From assembly GCA_002269645.1 (NCBI GenBank), contig NIVC01003947.1, positions 1 through 64,000 of the forward strand: 64,000 nt of DNA. Direction: 5' to 3'. Position numbers and translations under genes: made by a program. Positions within the stretch are counted from its first letter, which is position 1, and every line of letters starts with the position of its first letter. A model generated the notes under the pieces. It was given only the letters and a program-made list of their open reading frames with translations, searched no databases and was not told where the DNA came from. Below are positions 13,200 to 26,869 of this stretch, one piece after another. Origin of the DNA: Macrostomum lignano (Eukaryota).

Positions 13200-13560
13200 G
13201 GAGAAATATGGGGAATGTAAAATTTTTGGAACGTAAAATCTTGGGAATGTGAAATATGGTGAGCGTGAAATGCAAGGAATGTTAAATCTGGGAAATGTGA
13301 AATCTGTTGATGCAAAATCTGGGGAATGGGAATTCTGGTGAATGTGAATTTCGGGGAATGTGAACTCTGGGGGAATGTGAAATCTGGGGAATGTGAAATC
13401 TGCAGAATGTGAAATCTGCGGAATGTGAAATCTGCGGAATTTTAAATCTGGGGAATGTGACATCTGCGGAATTTTAAATCTGAGGGAATGTCAAATCTGA
13501 GAAATTTTTAAAATCTGGAATGTGAAATCTGGGAGATGTAAATCTGAGGAATGTGAAACA
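13200..13560. repeat. Degenerate GGAATGTGAAATCT-type repeat tract (unit 3)
   Basis: More regular version of the tract at 1-350. Confidence 0.85.
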
Positions 13561-14695
13561 TACCCTAAAGTTCTAGCTAAAGTTTTCCACCAGAAAAGAC
13601 AAAATGAGAGCGACGAAACTTATATTCAAGCTGTTTCTGCACCATAGCACTTTTAGCTCGCACTGCTCGCAGTTGTTGAACTGAACTAAAAGAAGAATTC
13701 ATAAACACATTCTGAAGACCCTTGTGAACCACTAAAGAAAATTTTAGTCTCAACTTTGACGACAATGACATCCGCCAGACCCTACGTATGTCAAATGCTT
13801 GTAATCATTCCCTGCCGTTGACTGCTTTGCCTTTGGGCTTTGAGCTTTGAACAATAAATAAAGAACTCTAAAGTTCACAGAAAAAACTGAAGTTCCCTTT
13901 TTTGTACGAACGTAGAGCGTTAGGCGGCGTCAGAGAACAGTTCATGCTTGGTCTGAAAGCGCATGAACGATACAGATCTCTTCTGTCTCTCTTTCCTGGC
14001 ATGCTACGTACTCGTACAATAGGGCGGCAACTGTGCATACACTCACACTCCAACCCTATTTAAATAATTCTACTGACTGAATTTCCATGGGAGAGCCATG
14101 GAATTGCCTTTTAGTTGTACTTGAAAGGAGGGGCAAATTCCAACTGCTTTAAGAGAAACATTCGCCGCGGAAAAGCCGTGGGTTTTACTTGGATTTTACT
14201 TGGATCTGCCACAGAGTTACCGCGGCTTCGCCTGTAAAATCATGGGTTTTCCGTGGTGCTCCCTTCCTAAATTTTATTGTATAAAGTCTGCAGGAAGCTG
14301 GAGTTGGCCAACATCTCTTGGTGAGTGAGTCCACATGGACAGTGAGTTGAGTTTCGTGCACACTTAGTTACCATAGTTTTTAAGTGTCCCCTTTTGTCAA
14401 ATGATATTTAATTGAGGAAAGATAGAAGGAAGCAAAATAGTAGTTAAGAATGTTAAACAAAATATTTTTTGTTCCCACGGAATTTTCCACTGTCGTTCGA
14501 TTAGGGGCTGTGTATTGTGTATTGTACTTCGATTGCTAAATGATTTTCGAATTCAACGTACGCGATGATTTCTTTGTAATACGAGTGTACATGCAGTACA
14601 CGTACATACGAGCGTACATAGCTACCGGGTTCATTAGAGTCACTAGAGTATAAGTATGTTCAGGTAAGTCAGAGCAAAGGCTGAGTCTGTCTCAC

Positions 14696-14896
14696 CACTG
14701 GCGTATTCAGGGGGGGGGGCGGCCTGGCCTGGGGGTGGTGGGGTTGGGCGCGGCCGGTACCAAAAACCATGAGACAATTGAGTGCCTGCGGCTCTAAAAT
14801 GAGTGCCTGCGGCGCCAAAAGTGGCACTGCAGGCATGAGACTTGGCCAGCCAGGTCAACCCGGCCCCCCAAATTGAAATTCCTGGCTACGCCACTG
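14696..14896. mobile_element. hAT-type MITE (201 bp)
   Basis: 8-bp TSD TGTCTCAC at 14688-14695 and 14897-14904; imperfect TIRs CACTGGCGTA / TACGCCACTG; the paralogous units (~1600, ~26475) have the empty site. Confidence 0.88.
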
Positions 14897-15220
14897 TGTC
14901 TCACCAGATGCAATGTTATATTTAAAATCAAAGAAAGAATTAAATCTACACGATTTTACAGCTATAATTCCTTGACAGCAGGGTTAGGTAAACTACGAGC
15001 TAAAAGCCAAGAAATGTGTCACTACATCCGGGTACTAAAACAGAAATCAGATTGCTAAAATTAGAAATTTCGTATAGTACGCGTACAAGAAGTTTGATGC
15101 AATTTACGAATATCTTTGTTCAGCAGTTTCACGTCTTACCTATAAATGCTGGCGCAGACACAGAATCTCCATGCTGCGCCCACCTCTCATCGCGAATTTT
15201 AGGTGCCGGAAGTGAGCGAC

Positions 15221-18200
15221 ATGCGACTGAATTTGCAGATTGTGATAGGCAGAAGCCTGTCGACTCTTCTGCTGCTGTCTGCCACATTTCAAATGTGAGT
15301 GATGCGATGCTCAAGTTCTTGCACCAACTGGGATTTTTGTAGCGGATTTCAGGTTTTGATTGGGGTGGTTTAGATGCTTTTGGATGCCACACTTTGGGTG
15401 CGTCATATTGATTTCGGCGTCACTGATTTGGTCATCATACTGATTGGGTCATCATACTGATTGGGTCATCATACTGATTGGGTCATCATACTGATTGGGT
15501 CATCATACTGATTGGGTCATCATACTGATTGGGTCATCATACTGATTGGGTCATCATACTGATTGGGTCATCATACTGATTGGGTCATCATACTGATTGG
15601 GTCATCATACTGATTGAGTCATCATACTGATTGGGTCATGATACTGATTGGGCCATGGGATTTTTGTAGCGGATTTCAGGTTTTGATTGGGGTGGTTTAG
15701 ATGCTTTTGGATGCCACACTTTGGGTGCGTCATATTGATTTCGGCGTCACTGATTTGGTCATCATACTGATTGGGTCATCATACTGATTGGGTCATCATA
15801 CTGATTGGGTCATCATACTGATTGGGTCATCATACTGATTGGGTCATCATACTGATTGGGTCATCATACTGATTGGGTCATCATACTGATTGGGTCATCA
15901 TACTGATTGGGTCATCATACTGATTGGGTCATCATACTGATTGAGTCATCATACTGATTGGGTCATGATACTGATTGGGCCATCATACTGATTGGGGTGT
16001 CATGCTGATTGGGGTGTCACACTGATTGATTGGGGTGTCATGCTGATTGGGGTGTCACACTGATTGATTGGGGTGTCATACTGATTGGGATGTCATACTG
16101 ATTGATTGGGGTGTCATACTGATTGATTGGGGTGTCACACTGATTGATTGGGGTGTCATACTGATTGATTGGGGTGTCATACTGATTTGGATGTCATACT
16201 GATTGATTGGGATGTCATACTGATTGATTGGGGTGTCATACTGATTGATTGGGGTGTCACACTGATTGATTGGGGTGTCATACTGATTGATTGGGGTGTC
16301 ATACTGATTTGGATGTCATACTGATTGATTGGCGTGTCATAATGATTGATTGGGGTGTCATACTGATTGATTGGGGTGTCATACTGATTGATTGGGGTGT
16401 CATACTGATTGATTGGGGTGTCATACTGATTGGGGTGTCATTTTGATTGGGTTGTCATACTGATTGGGGGTGTCATACTGATTGATTGGGGTGTCATACT
16501 GATTGATTGGGGTGTCATACTGATTGATTGGGGTGTCATACTGATTGATTGGGGTGTCATACTGATTGATTGGGGTGTCATACTGATTGGGGTGTCATTT
16601 TGATTGGGTTGTCATACTGATTGGGGGTGTCATACTGATTGGGGTGTCATACTGATTGGGGTGTCATACTGATTGGGGTGTCATACTGATTGGGGGGTTA
16701 TACTGATTGGGGTATCATACTGATTGGGGTGTCATACTGATTGGGGTGTCATACTGATTGGGGGGTCATACTGATTGGGGTGTCATACTGATTAATTTGG
16801 GTGTCATACTGATTAATTTGGGTGTCATACTGATTAATTGGGGTGTCATACTGATTAATTGGAGTGTCATACTGATTGGGGGTGTCATACTGATTGGAGT
16901 GTCATACTGATTGGGGGTGTCATACTGATTGGGGTGTCATACTGATTGGGGTGTCATACTGATTGGGGTGTCATACTGATTGGGGGGTCATACTGATTGG
17001 GGTATCATACTGATTGGGGTGTCATACTGATTGGGGTGTCATACTGATTGGGGTGTCATACTGATTGGGGTGTCATACTGATTGGGGTGTCATACTGATT
17101 GGGGGGTCATACTGATTGGGGTGTCATGCTGATTGGGGTGTCACACTGATTGATTGGGGTGTCATGCTGATTGGGGTGTCACACTGATTGATTGGGGTGT
17201 CATACTGATTGGGATGTCATACTGATTGATTGGGGTGTCATACTGATTGATTGGGGTGTCACACTGATTGATTGGGGTGTCATACTGATTGATTGGGGTG
17301 TCATACTGATTTGGATGTCATACTGATTGATTGGGATGTCATACTGATTGATTGGGGTGTCATACTGATTGATTGGGGTGTCACACTGATTGATTGGGGT
17401 GTCATACTGATTGATTGGGGTGTCATACTGATTTGGATGTCATACTGATTGATTGGCGTGTCATAATGATTGGGGTGTCATACTGATTAATTAGGGTGTC
17501 ATACTGATTAATTTGGGTGTCATACTGATTAATTAGGGTGTCATACTGATTAATTTGGGTGTCATACTGATTAATTTGGGTGTCATACTGATTAATTGGG
17601 GTGTCATACTGATTAATTGGGGTGTCATACTGATTAATTGGAGTGTCATACTGATTGGGGGTGTCATACTGATTGGAGTGTCATACTGATTGGGGTGTCA
17701 TACAGATTGGAATGTCATACTGATTGATTGGGGTGTCACTGATTGAGGTGTCATACAGATTGGAATGTCATACTGATTGATTGGGGCGTCATACTGATTG
17801 GGGTGGCGATGTACTTTGTGGGGCTGTCTTTTTGGGGGCTTCCCATTATGGGACTGTTATTTGGGGGCCTGTCCTTGCGAGGCTGACGCGGTCAGTGTAC
17901 ATTAATGTACGAAATTTAATTGGAATTTTGCCACAAAATCGATGGCATTTCTTCACGTTCATGCGTATTGCTATTGATAATAATATATTACTATGTATTC
18001 TGTATATTTTTAAAATATAACACAAATTAATTAACAGGTCGGTATGCGAGAAATAAACTGAAGTACCGACCGAAAAGTCAATTAATCGCATAATCAACAA
18101 CCCATTTTGCCAATAATAGCTCAGAAAATAACGTTTAAGAGATAAAATTTTAAGTGAGCTGAGCCTTCCAACAACTTTTCACTGTCCATTTACAAAAAAT

Positions 18201-20247
18201 CCTACTCCTCCTCATTCTTCTTATCCACAGAGCTCTGGCAGGCAACCAGTTCTGCTATCCGCGTGGCAACACCAATGAGTTCCAGCTCAGCAAAAAAATC
18301 GAGTTCATTGAAGATCGAATCATTCCCAAAACTGATGGAGACCCTGTACCTGAGGAAGGCCTCAGCTGCAAATGGAAGATTCTGACTGACCATCTTGACA
18401 ATGCCGTTGTGGTTCTGACTGGCTTTGACACGGAGACGCACTTAAGCGAGCGGAGGTGGAAAAGATCTGTGGATTCAGCTGCACAGCAACAACCGATGCG
18501 ATACGAACTGCATTCAAAGGCTTCGAACTGTAAGCAGCGCTTTGAGCACAGTTAGTGAATAAATAATAATATTCGATTTTGTCTAGTTACTCTTTTGCTA
18601 GAAACAGAACATCTAAAAGCTGTTCAATAACGTTCATTCAGTTAATTACCAACAAAAGGCTCAATACAGATAATAAAGCATCTAATTAGCCGTCTGGTAG
18701 CCAAACGAAGAGAATTAATAACTCTCTTAGAGTTATAAAGAGTTATATAGTTTGAGGAAGTTAAAATCAAATAGTAGAGATGATAAGATTGAACTTCACG
18801 CCTACTTATAAATGCTTTGTGCAGTAGTGAAGTCTGCACTTGTTGAATGGCAAGTGTGAGCGAGAATTTTGTTTTAATGCCCCACTACTGACTTCTAGTC
18901 GGTACTAGATAAACGCAGTCAACTCCCAATGGAACTTGAACTTTTCAGCGACTTGCTCGTCGCCTTCAACAAGCGAGCCAAAGCCCGTGGAGCTGGAGAT
19001 GTTGCGCGTGCTGCAACTGACGAAAGGGTACGATAGAGCTGGCCTGATGCTGGACCGATTCTTTGAAATCCATAATTCTGTAATTGAACTCAACCACTGT
19101 ACTCTACATCAAACTGTAGGAGCTACCTGACGGTCTCATTCCGGCTTAATCGGAGTAGCTCAGCGAATATCCCTGGTCTACAAATTCGGCTGATGGAGCC
19201 GGGATTCTGCTGCAGAAACATTACAAATTTTGAGAGCAACTGCTACACCACAGGATCGGTTCATCGGAACCTGACTGCTGAGCTGGCTGCGATGAGCGCT
19301 GACAGCGGAGTCATGAGGCTCGCCAGCTTCAGCAGCTCCGCGGCTCTGCAGAACTTCGTCACAGAGAGTAAGCTGGAGTTAAGAGGTGGCTTTTGCACAT
19401 ATTTGCACAAATGCACATGGGTTTGGGATAGGAAGCACATTTTAAATGTTACACAATTTCACTCCACTTAAACGCCGGCTTCAGGCCAGCGAACTCGCGT
19501 CGGTTCCGGCCTGAACACTCGCAGCAAGGAGCCGCTGAATCTTGCACATTGGCTTCGCATTGGACTGTTCTATGAGCACAGGACCAAGAAGGTCTTCTAC
19601 CTGAACTGCGGGGCAGAAGACTGCAAAATGGCTGAGTTCGAGGATGCTGATAAGCTGTGAGTTTCTTAACTTGACGACAAAAGTTTATTTTCATTCACAG
19701 CAATTGGCTCTCTAATTAGTTTATACCTTCACACTCCTGAAATTTGAATTCCAGGTACCATGCTGTCGAAACTACGAACTCCTTTGTCTCTTGCGGATCG
19801 CTCAGAGCTGTCAATGTGGGAGCTGGTGGTGAGGTACTTTGGCGGGTGAGCTTTAGGGACTGCAGTGAGCAGCTTCCGGCTCTGATCAGCTTCCCGGATG
19901 CGGCCGGAAACAGATGCGGAGACTGGAGCCAACCTGTGCTGAGCTGGATGCTTGCGGCTGCCCAGCCGGCTGCGAAAGAAGAACAGACCGAAGGAACTAA
20001 CTCTAAGTCTAAGAACAGACTAAGTCCCAGTCCTGAAGGGATGAGTGTGCTGGGTATGGTTCTGCTTGGGGCTTTTGCTACCACTCTATTAGCACTTATC
20101 TTTACTTTGATGCTACTTTTTATGGGTCGACGGCCATGCCTTCAATATAGAGCAGTAACTCCGCCAAAGACGGTCCCAAGCCCGGTTGAAAAAGGAGGAG
20201 GGTTTGATAAGGTCTGCCACTCTGACTCTGGAAAACCTCTGGTGTAA
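15221..20247 (+). CDS. Spliced 454-aa type I membrane protein: signal peptide, CUB-like, divergent C-type-lectin-like, TM (exons 15221-15294, 18231-18529, 18949-19027, 19120-19367, 19485-19656, 19755-20247)
   Basis: Six exons with canonical GT-AG sites join into 1365 nt with no internal stop. N-terminus MRLNLQIVIGRSLSTLLLLSATFQIALAG. CUB-like CKWKILTDHLDNAVVVLTGFDTE and KGSYLTVSFRLN..PGLQIRL. CTLD-like FESNCY..RLASFSS..WLRIGL..SCGSL..W....DCSEQLPALI. TM VLGMVLLGAFATTLLALIFTLMLLFM. The exon model is strong; the domain names are by eye. Confidence 0.82.
15425..17800. repeat. Compound intronic minisatellite of (TCATACTGATTGGG)-type 16-20 bp units with higher-order duplications
   Basis: 17-bp GGTCATCATACTGATTG sub-arrays inside a ~320-bp tandem duplication (about 15336-15650 and 15655-15970), followed by 16/20-bp GGGGTGTCATACTGATT(GATT) units. 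Confidence 0.97.
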
Positions 20248-21728
20248 CGGAGGCAGCGTCTTAGGTGTCATGCAAACAGAGTGACGCAATAATCAGCACC
20301 TTTCCCTGGCAACCTGACCAAGGGTAGAACACACACATAAAAAGATTGAAAGCCTTTTAGCTCGCATTTTGCCCTGCTTATCTTGTTGGCTTGATCAGCC
20401 AATAACAGAGCTAGCAACAGATACAGAATTATCCATGACAGCTGAGTCTGATCAGCCGAAATCAAGTTTCACTTTCTCATCGGAAGATCCAACAAAACCG
20501 TATTTTGGGGATGTTGCTGCTGCTGTTAACTTGTGAACTAAAAAATAAAATCTTTCAATTGCCTCCTGAGCAGCAAAAAGAAAGTCTTCAGAAGTTCAAT
20601 GAAGAGCTTCAACACAGCCCACTGAGTGAGAAACATGCCAGTTCTATGTAAATATACCAGTTAATTGCTTTGTAAATATGCCGCTTTTGTTGCAGAATAA
20701 TAACTTTGCTGTATAAATACGACAAATACGCTCGCATCGGGCATTGTAATGTTTATTTTGTGTAAAATTTCTGTACATTTCATTATTTGGTGTTCATTGC
20801 TTCCCAAAGTTGCTCCCTAAAGCACATTTACCAATGTTTTGTCTTGTACCCCTCTTTATCTATTCACTACCGTTAGCGAAGTGTGAAATGATGGTAGACT
20901 GTTTAGAATGCATTTTAGCTGAGTTAATTAAATAAGTAGTGGCTGATAAACGAGTGCATTGAGACTGAGTGTTTCGCACTAATCTACTCGTAGCAGTTGT
21001 ATACTTAACATTTTGCAAAATTTATGATTTTAATGCAAGTGTACCTGAATTAGTGTGAATTTACGAGCGTATAATAAAAAACTGATTTACCTGTCATTTA
21101 AACAATCCAGCAGAAACGCAGTAATTCAAGAATTGTGCAATCTAATATCTCAATTATCGGTGATTACGGTAGGCAGAGAGCTGCTTTCAAGAATATTCTT
21201 GATGAGTAGGCATCGAAAAACTGCCTGTAAGTCATCCCTGAGTTGAATAAGAATAAAGGTAAGTAGAATAACAGGGAAGAATAATTGAATGTATTGAATG
21301 CATTTCATTATGAAAAGATCATAACCGAGTGCCCATAGAATCCGACAAATGGGCGCATTGCACCGACGAATAACGACGTTGGCTGAACGTCCCTGCATTG
21401 TAAAAGTACCTGCGTTTACCTGCAGCGTCACGTGTGTCGGATTTCTGTACGGGATTATTAGAATGATGCGAATTTAACCTTTTTTATTCTTTAGACAACA
21501 GAGTATTAAATCTAGATGTAGTTAGTGTTCGGGCTTCATTTCTTTGTACAAAGTGTCTTGAAGCTGCATCTCTACCCAGTGGGTGGGAGTCAGAATTCGA
21601 CGGAAATGTTTTATCGTCAAGTTCTAAAATTCCCGGACCTGGTTTGGAGTTCATCATATCAGGGTTTTCAGCTTTTAGGCTTTTTATTGGGGCTGTGCCT
21701 TTCAGGGACGACTGCAATGAGAGGCGCC

Positions 21729-23222
21729 AGGACCAAGGGGCTTTAGCACCAAGGGGCTTTAGCACCAAGGGGCTTTAGCACCAAGGGGCTTTAGCACCAA
21801 GGGGCTTTAGCACCAAGGGGCTTTAGCACCAAGGGGCTTTAGCACCAAGGGGCTTTAGCACCAAGAGGCTTTAGCACCAAGGGGCTTTAGCACCAAGGGG
21901 CTTTAGCACCAAGGGGCTTTAGCACCAAGGGGCTTTAGCACCAAGGGGCTTTAGCACCAAGGGGCTTTAGCACCAAGGGGCTTTAGCACCAAGGGGCTTT
22001 AGCACCAAGGGGCTTTAGCACCAAGGGGCTTTAGCACCAAGGGGCTTTAGCACCAAGGGGCTTTAGCACCAAGGGGCTTTAGCACCAAGGAGCTTTAGCA
22101 CCAAGGGGCTTTAGCACCAAGGGGCTTTAGCACCAAGGGGCTTTAGCACCAAGGGGCTTTAGCACCAAGGGGCTTTAGCACCAAGGGGCTTTAGCACCAA
22201 GGGGCTTTAGCACCAAGGGGCTTTAGCACCAAGGGGCTTTAGCACCAAGGGGCTTTAGCACCAAGGGGCTTTAGCACCAAGGGGCTTTAGCACCAAGGGG
22301 CTTTAGCACCAAGGGGCTTTAGCACCAAGGGGCTTTAGCACCAAGGGGCTTTAGCACCAAGGGGCTTTAGCACCAAGGGGCTTTAGCACCAAGGGGCTTT
22401 AGCACCAAGGGGCTTTAGCACCAAGGGGCTTTAGCACCAAGGGGCTTTAGCACCAAGGGGCTTTAGCACCAAGGGGCTTTAGCACCAAGGGGCTTTAGCA
22501 CCAAGGGGCTTTAGCACCAAGGGGCTTTAGCACCAAGGGGCTTTAGCACCAAGGGGCTTTAGCACCAAGGGGCTTTAGCACCAAGGGGCGCCAGCACCAA
22601 GGGGCTTTAGCACCAAGGGGCTTTAGCACCAAGGGGCTTTAGCACCAAGGGGCGCCAGCACCAAGGGGCTTTAGCACCAAGGGGCTTTAGCACCAAGGGG
22701 CTTTAGCACCAAGGGGCTTTAGCACCAAGGGGCGCCAGCACCAAGGGGCTTTAGCACCAAGGGGCTTTAGCACCAAGGGGCGCCAGCACCAAGGGGCTTT
22801 AGCACCAAGGGGCTTTAGCACCAAGGGGCTTTAGCACCAAGGGGCTTTAGCACCAAGGGGCTTTAGCACCAAGGGGCTTTAGCACCAAGGGGCTTTAGCA
22901 CCAAGGGGCGCCAGCACCAAGGGGCGCCAGCACCAAGGGGCGCCAGCACCAAGGGGCTTTAGCACCAAGGGGCTTTAGCACCAAGGGGCTTTAGCACCAA
23001 GGGGCTTTAGCACCAAGGGGCTTTAGCACCAAGGGGCTTTAGCACCAAGGGGCTTTAGCACCAAGGGGCTTTAGCACCAAGGGGCTTTAGCACCAAGGGG
23101 CTTTAGCACCAAGGGGCTTTAGCACCAAGGGGCTTTAGCACCAAGGGGCTTTAGCACCAAGGGGCTTTAGCACCAAGGGGCGCCAGCACGAAGGGGCGCC
23201 AGCACCAAGGGGCGCCAGCACT
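21729..23222. repeat. 16-bp minisatellite (GGGGCTTTAGCACCAA)n, about 93 copies
   Basis: Same unit and same position within the duplication unit as 7697-8613. Confidence 0.98.
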
Positions 23223-23971
23223 ATAAGGCTGTTGTTAGGGCCAAAGTGGTCGTCGGGGGAACTGCTAGAATTGGGAAAAGAGCGCCAAACCTGCTGTGAA
23301 GAGGTGCCAAGTGAGTAGGTACTCAGCCATTAGTTTTTCCAGCCTATTTGGTCACGCTGCTCCTAATCATTTTTTATCAAAGAAGAGATTAGTAAGAAAG
23401 TGGAAAGAGATTAGAAAGAAGGAAAATAGAGAGTAAGATAACATTCAGTATCTAAGTTACAAAACTTGTTTGTTTTGTCATCTGTAGTTTCTTCTATTCT
23501 GTTAAATACTGTAAGCACCGGAAAAGCGCTTACATCGAAGTGGAAAAAACAACGACCTCTTAAGACAGCTTAAGAAAGCCGACCTCAATACCCAAAAGAC
23601 AATAACGATCGCTGAGATTTGAGGGACAAGTCAGCAGCCTGCAAATGCGTGACACAGAAGACTGGCAGCAAAATGTGTTGAGAGGCGGGGGTTAATGGTT
23701 GCCTTAACAACAGCACAGACAGAAACTGCAGGAGCGCTAACCCTACCCCGCTCAAACTATTCATTTTTTGCATTGTGCGCATGCGTTCTTGTTGACTATA
23801 AGATACACTGCCTTTAATAATATTCGGTACTGCGAATTCTGAGCTGCGAGCCTCGCGCTCATAACAGGGCTTTAAGCGGCCAGTGTGTTTTAAAGTCTCT
23901 GCCATTTAAGCACAAGGTAGCAGGGAAAACCTGTTAATAACATTTAAAAATCAAGGACAGGCCAATGCACA

Positions 23972-24601
23972 TGTGAAGAATAAAGGCGGGAAGACGTACG
24001 ATTTGTGTAGCGGTTAAATTTGATAATCTAGAGCCAGTAGCCGACTTCCCTTAGCGTAAATTGCAGATTTGGTAGATTGAATTGAAGGTTAGGTTTGGAT
24101 TGGTAGCTACTTAATTTTAGTGCGACTAAAGCAATTGAGTGCGACGGCTAAGAGGCCCGCGAGAAGCTGAGCGAAAACCCAGTAGTGAAGGCACACTACT
24201 TCATCGAACGGCGGCTGACTGCAAGCCTATATTTAATTGGTAAGGTAAACAGATAACAAACAACAGCACCCCAAATCCAAAACACAGACAAACCCCCCAC
24301 GCGGCGCGCAATGTACATGTACAAATTAATCGATAAATATATCATGCAAGAATAACACACGTCAGTACAAGTACATAGGTAGAACTACTTTACGAGAAAT
24401 AATAACGATATGAATGAAATACAAATAATAGAATAAATACATACGACCGAGGCTACAAAAACAAAGCAATTAACAGTAAAAATAGCGCGATAATAATACG
24501 TACGAATATTGTTAAAATAAATGAAAGAATACAGTAGTAGTACGGTATGCATATGAAAATAAAGAAATACGATACACGCTTCTACGAATCACACTGTCAC
24601 A
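23972..24601. mobile_element. Solo LTR (630 bp)
   Basis: Termini TGTGA...TCACA; 4-bp TSD CACA at 23968-23971 and 24602-24605; the paralogous unit (~12955) has the empty site GCACATGCAGAT. Confidence 0.8.
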
Positions 24602-24859
24602 CACATGCAGATCTGTTGCTAAAAATACGATACTATATTCTCGTAGCTCTGGGTTTGGCCTGCGTACATGGAGTGAGGGCGGCGTCCAGCTGGCACAAGC
24701 AGGCAGGCCACGTATCGCGGGTTCACGCCTTGTCTCCTGCCTGCTGTCTGACGCCGGCGCCCCGGATTCAATCGGCGACGTGGCTTTTCTATGCGACTTG
24801 TGCTGCTACCGTCAAAGGACTCTGACAGCGTATCTTGTTGTTTCCTTGCGACGCCGGGA

Positions 24860-25200
24860 AATCTGGGAATGTATAATTTGGGGAATGTAAGATCTTTGGA
24901 ATGTAAAATCTTAGGAATTTGAAATCTTAGGAATGTGAAATATGAAGGAATGCAAAATCTGGGAATGTGAAACATGGAGAAAAGCAAAATCTGGGAATGT
25001 GAAAGCTGGGGGTGCAAAATTCGTGGAATGTAAAATTTGGGGAAAGTGAAATCTGGGAAATGTAGAATTGGGGGAATGTAAAATTTGGGGAATGTGAAAT
25101 CTGGGAAATGCAAGTCTTAGGAATGTGAAAGCTGCGGGAGCGTAAAATCTGGGGGAATGTACGAGCTAAAATCTGGGGAATGCAGAATCGAGATAATTTG
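24860..25200. repeat. Degenerate GGAATGTGAAATCT-type repeat tract (unit 4)
   Basis: Close homolog of 1-350. Confidence 0.85.
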
Positions 25201-26795
25201 GAACATATCCATAAACAGTTCTAGCTAAAGTTTCCACCAAAAAAGACTAAATGAGAGCGATGAAACTGATACTCAAGCTGTTTCTGCACCTCAGTACTTT
25301 TAGCTCGCTCTGCTCGTTGTTGAAATAAACTAAAAGAAGAAATCATAAATACATTTTGAAAAACCTTGTGAACCCCGATAGAACCCATAAAGAAAATTTT
25401 AGTCTCTTAACTTCGACAATAAGGACATCCGCCAGACCCAATGTCACATGCTTGTAATTTTTATTTTATTCCCTGCAGTTGACTGCTTTGAGCTGAACGG
25501 CAGGCTATTATTGTTTACGAACTATTTGTGGGATCTGTATGCATGCAATTTTTTACTTCACTACCTTTAGAAAGAACAAAAAATAAAGAACTCCAAGTTC
25601 TCGGTAAACTGAAGTCCTTTTTTGTACAGCACTGACTATGCGGCGTACAATGAACAGTGCATGCTTGGTCGGGAAGCATTTGCACGATACAGATCGAGCG
25701 TGCGTCCTCTGCTTCTCTTTCCTGGCATGCTACGTACAATAGTGTGATAAAGGCGTAAACTGTGCGCACGCATAGCTCGTACACCTGCACTCCTATAATT
25801 CAACCCTATTTAAACAATTCTACTGACTGAATTTCCATGGGAGAGCCATGGAATTGCCTTTTAGTTGTACTTGAAAGGAGGGGCAAACTCCAACTGCTTT
25901 AGAGAAAATTCACCGCGGATAAGCCGTGGGTTTCACTTGGATCTTCCTGAGAGTTACCGCGGCTTGGCCTATAAAATCATGGGTTTTCCACGGTGCTCCC
26001 CTCCTAAATTTTCTCTTATAAAGTCTGCAAGAAGTTGGAGTTGGCCAACATCTCTTGGTGAGTATGAGTCCACGTGGACAGTGAGTTGAGCTTTGTGCAC
26101 ATTTAGTTACCATAGTTTTTAAGAAATTTGAGCATACTCGTAATTTGATAGCAATGTTAAAGAGTTCTTTTTTGTCAAATGATATTTTTTTAAGGAAAGA
26201 TAAAAGGAGGCAAAAATAGTAGTTATAGGAATGTTAAACAAAATATTTTTTGTTCCACAGAATTTTCTACTGTCGTTTGATTAGCAGACATTCTCGTTCT
26301 CGAGTCATTAGGGGCTGTGTGTGTTGTGTATTTTACTTCGATTGCTAAATGATTTTCGAATTCAACCTACGCGATGATTTATTTGTAATACATGTAGTAT
26401 CATAGCTACAGGGGTTCATTAGAGTCACTAGAATATAATTATACTCGTGTAAGTCAGAGCAAAGGCTGAGTCTGCATCATCAGATGCAATTTTATATTTA
26501 AAATCAAATAAAAAGTTAAATATACACGAGTTTGCACCTGAAATTCCTTGCTAGCAGGGTTGGGTAAACTAAGATCTAAAAGCCAAGAAATGTGTCACTA
26601 CATCAGGTACTAAAACAGAAATCAGATTGCAAAAATTAGAAATTTCGTATAGTAAGCGTACAAGAAGTTTGATGCAATTTACGAATATCCTTGTTCGGCA
26701 GTTTCACGTCTTGCTTATAAATGCTGGCGCAGACACAGAAACTCCATGCTGCGTCCACCTCTCATCGCGATTTTTAGGTGCCGGAAGTGAGCGAC

Positions 26796-26869
26796 ATGCG
26801 GCTGAATTTGCAGATAGCGATAGGCAGAAGCCTGGCGACTCTTCTGCTGCTGTCTTCTGCACTTCAAAT
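26796..26869 (+). pseudogene. Orphan exon 1 (signal peptide) of a further receptor gene copy, truncated at the Polinton
   Basis: MRLNLQIAIGRSLATLLLLSSALQ followed by a GTGAGT donor; no downstream exons found on either side of the Polinton. Confidence 0.8.

Noticed and set aside
19080-19119. 40-nt mini-intron (GTAATT...TGTAG) or read-through exon as suggested by ORF 3655-4059
   Set aside because: Phase mismatch in both copies. The donor at 19028 (3696 in copy 1) keeps frame in both and restores the CUB-like KGSYLTVSF strand.
19690-19720. Alternative acceptor TTCATTCACAG before the last exon
   Set aside because: Leads to a stop after a few codons; the acceptor at 19754 gives the open TM-encoding exon. 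It could be a minor soluble isoform, but nothing here supports that.
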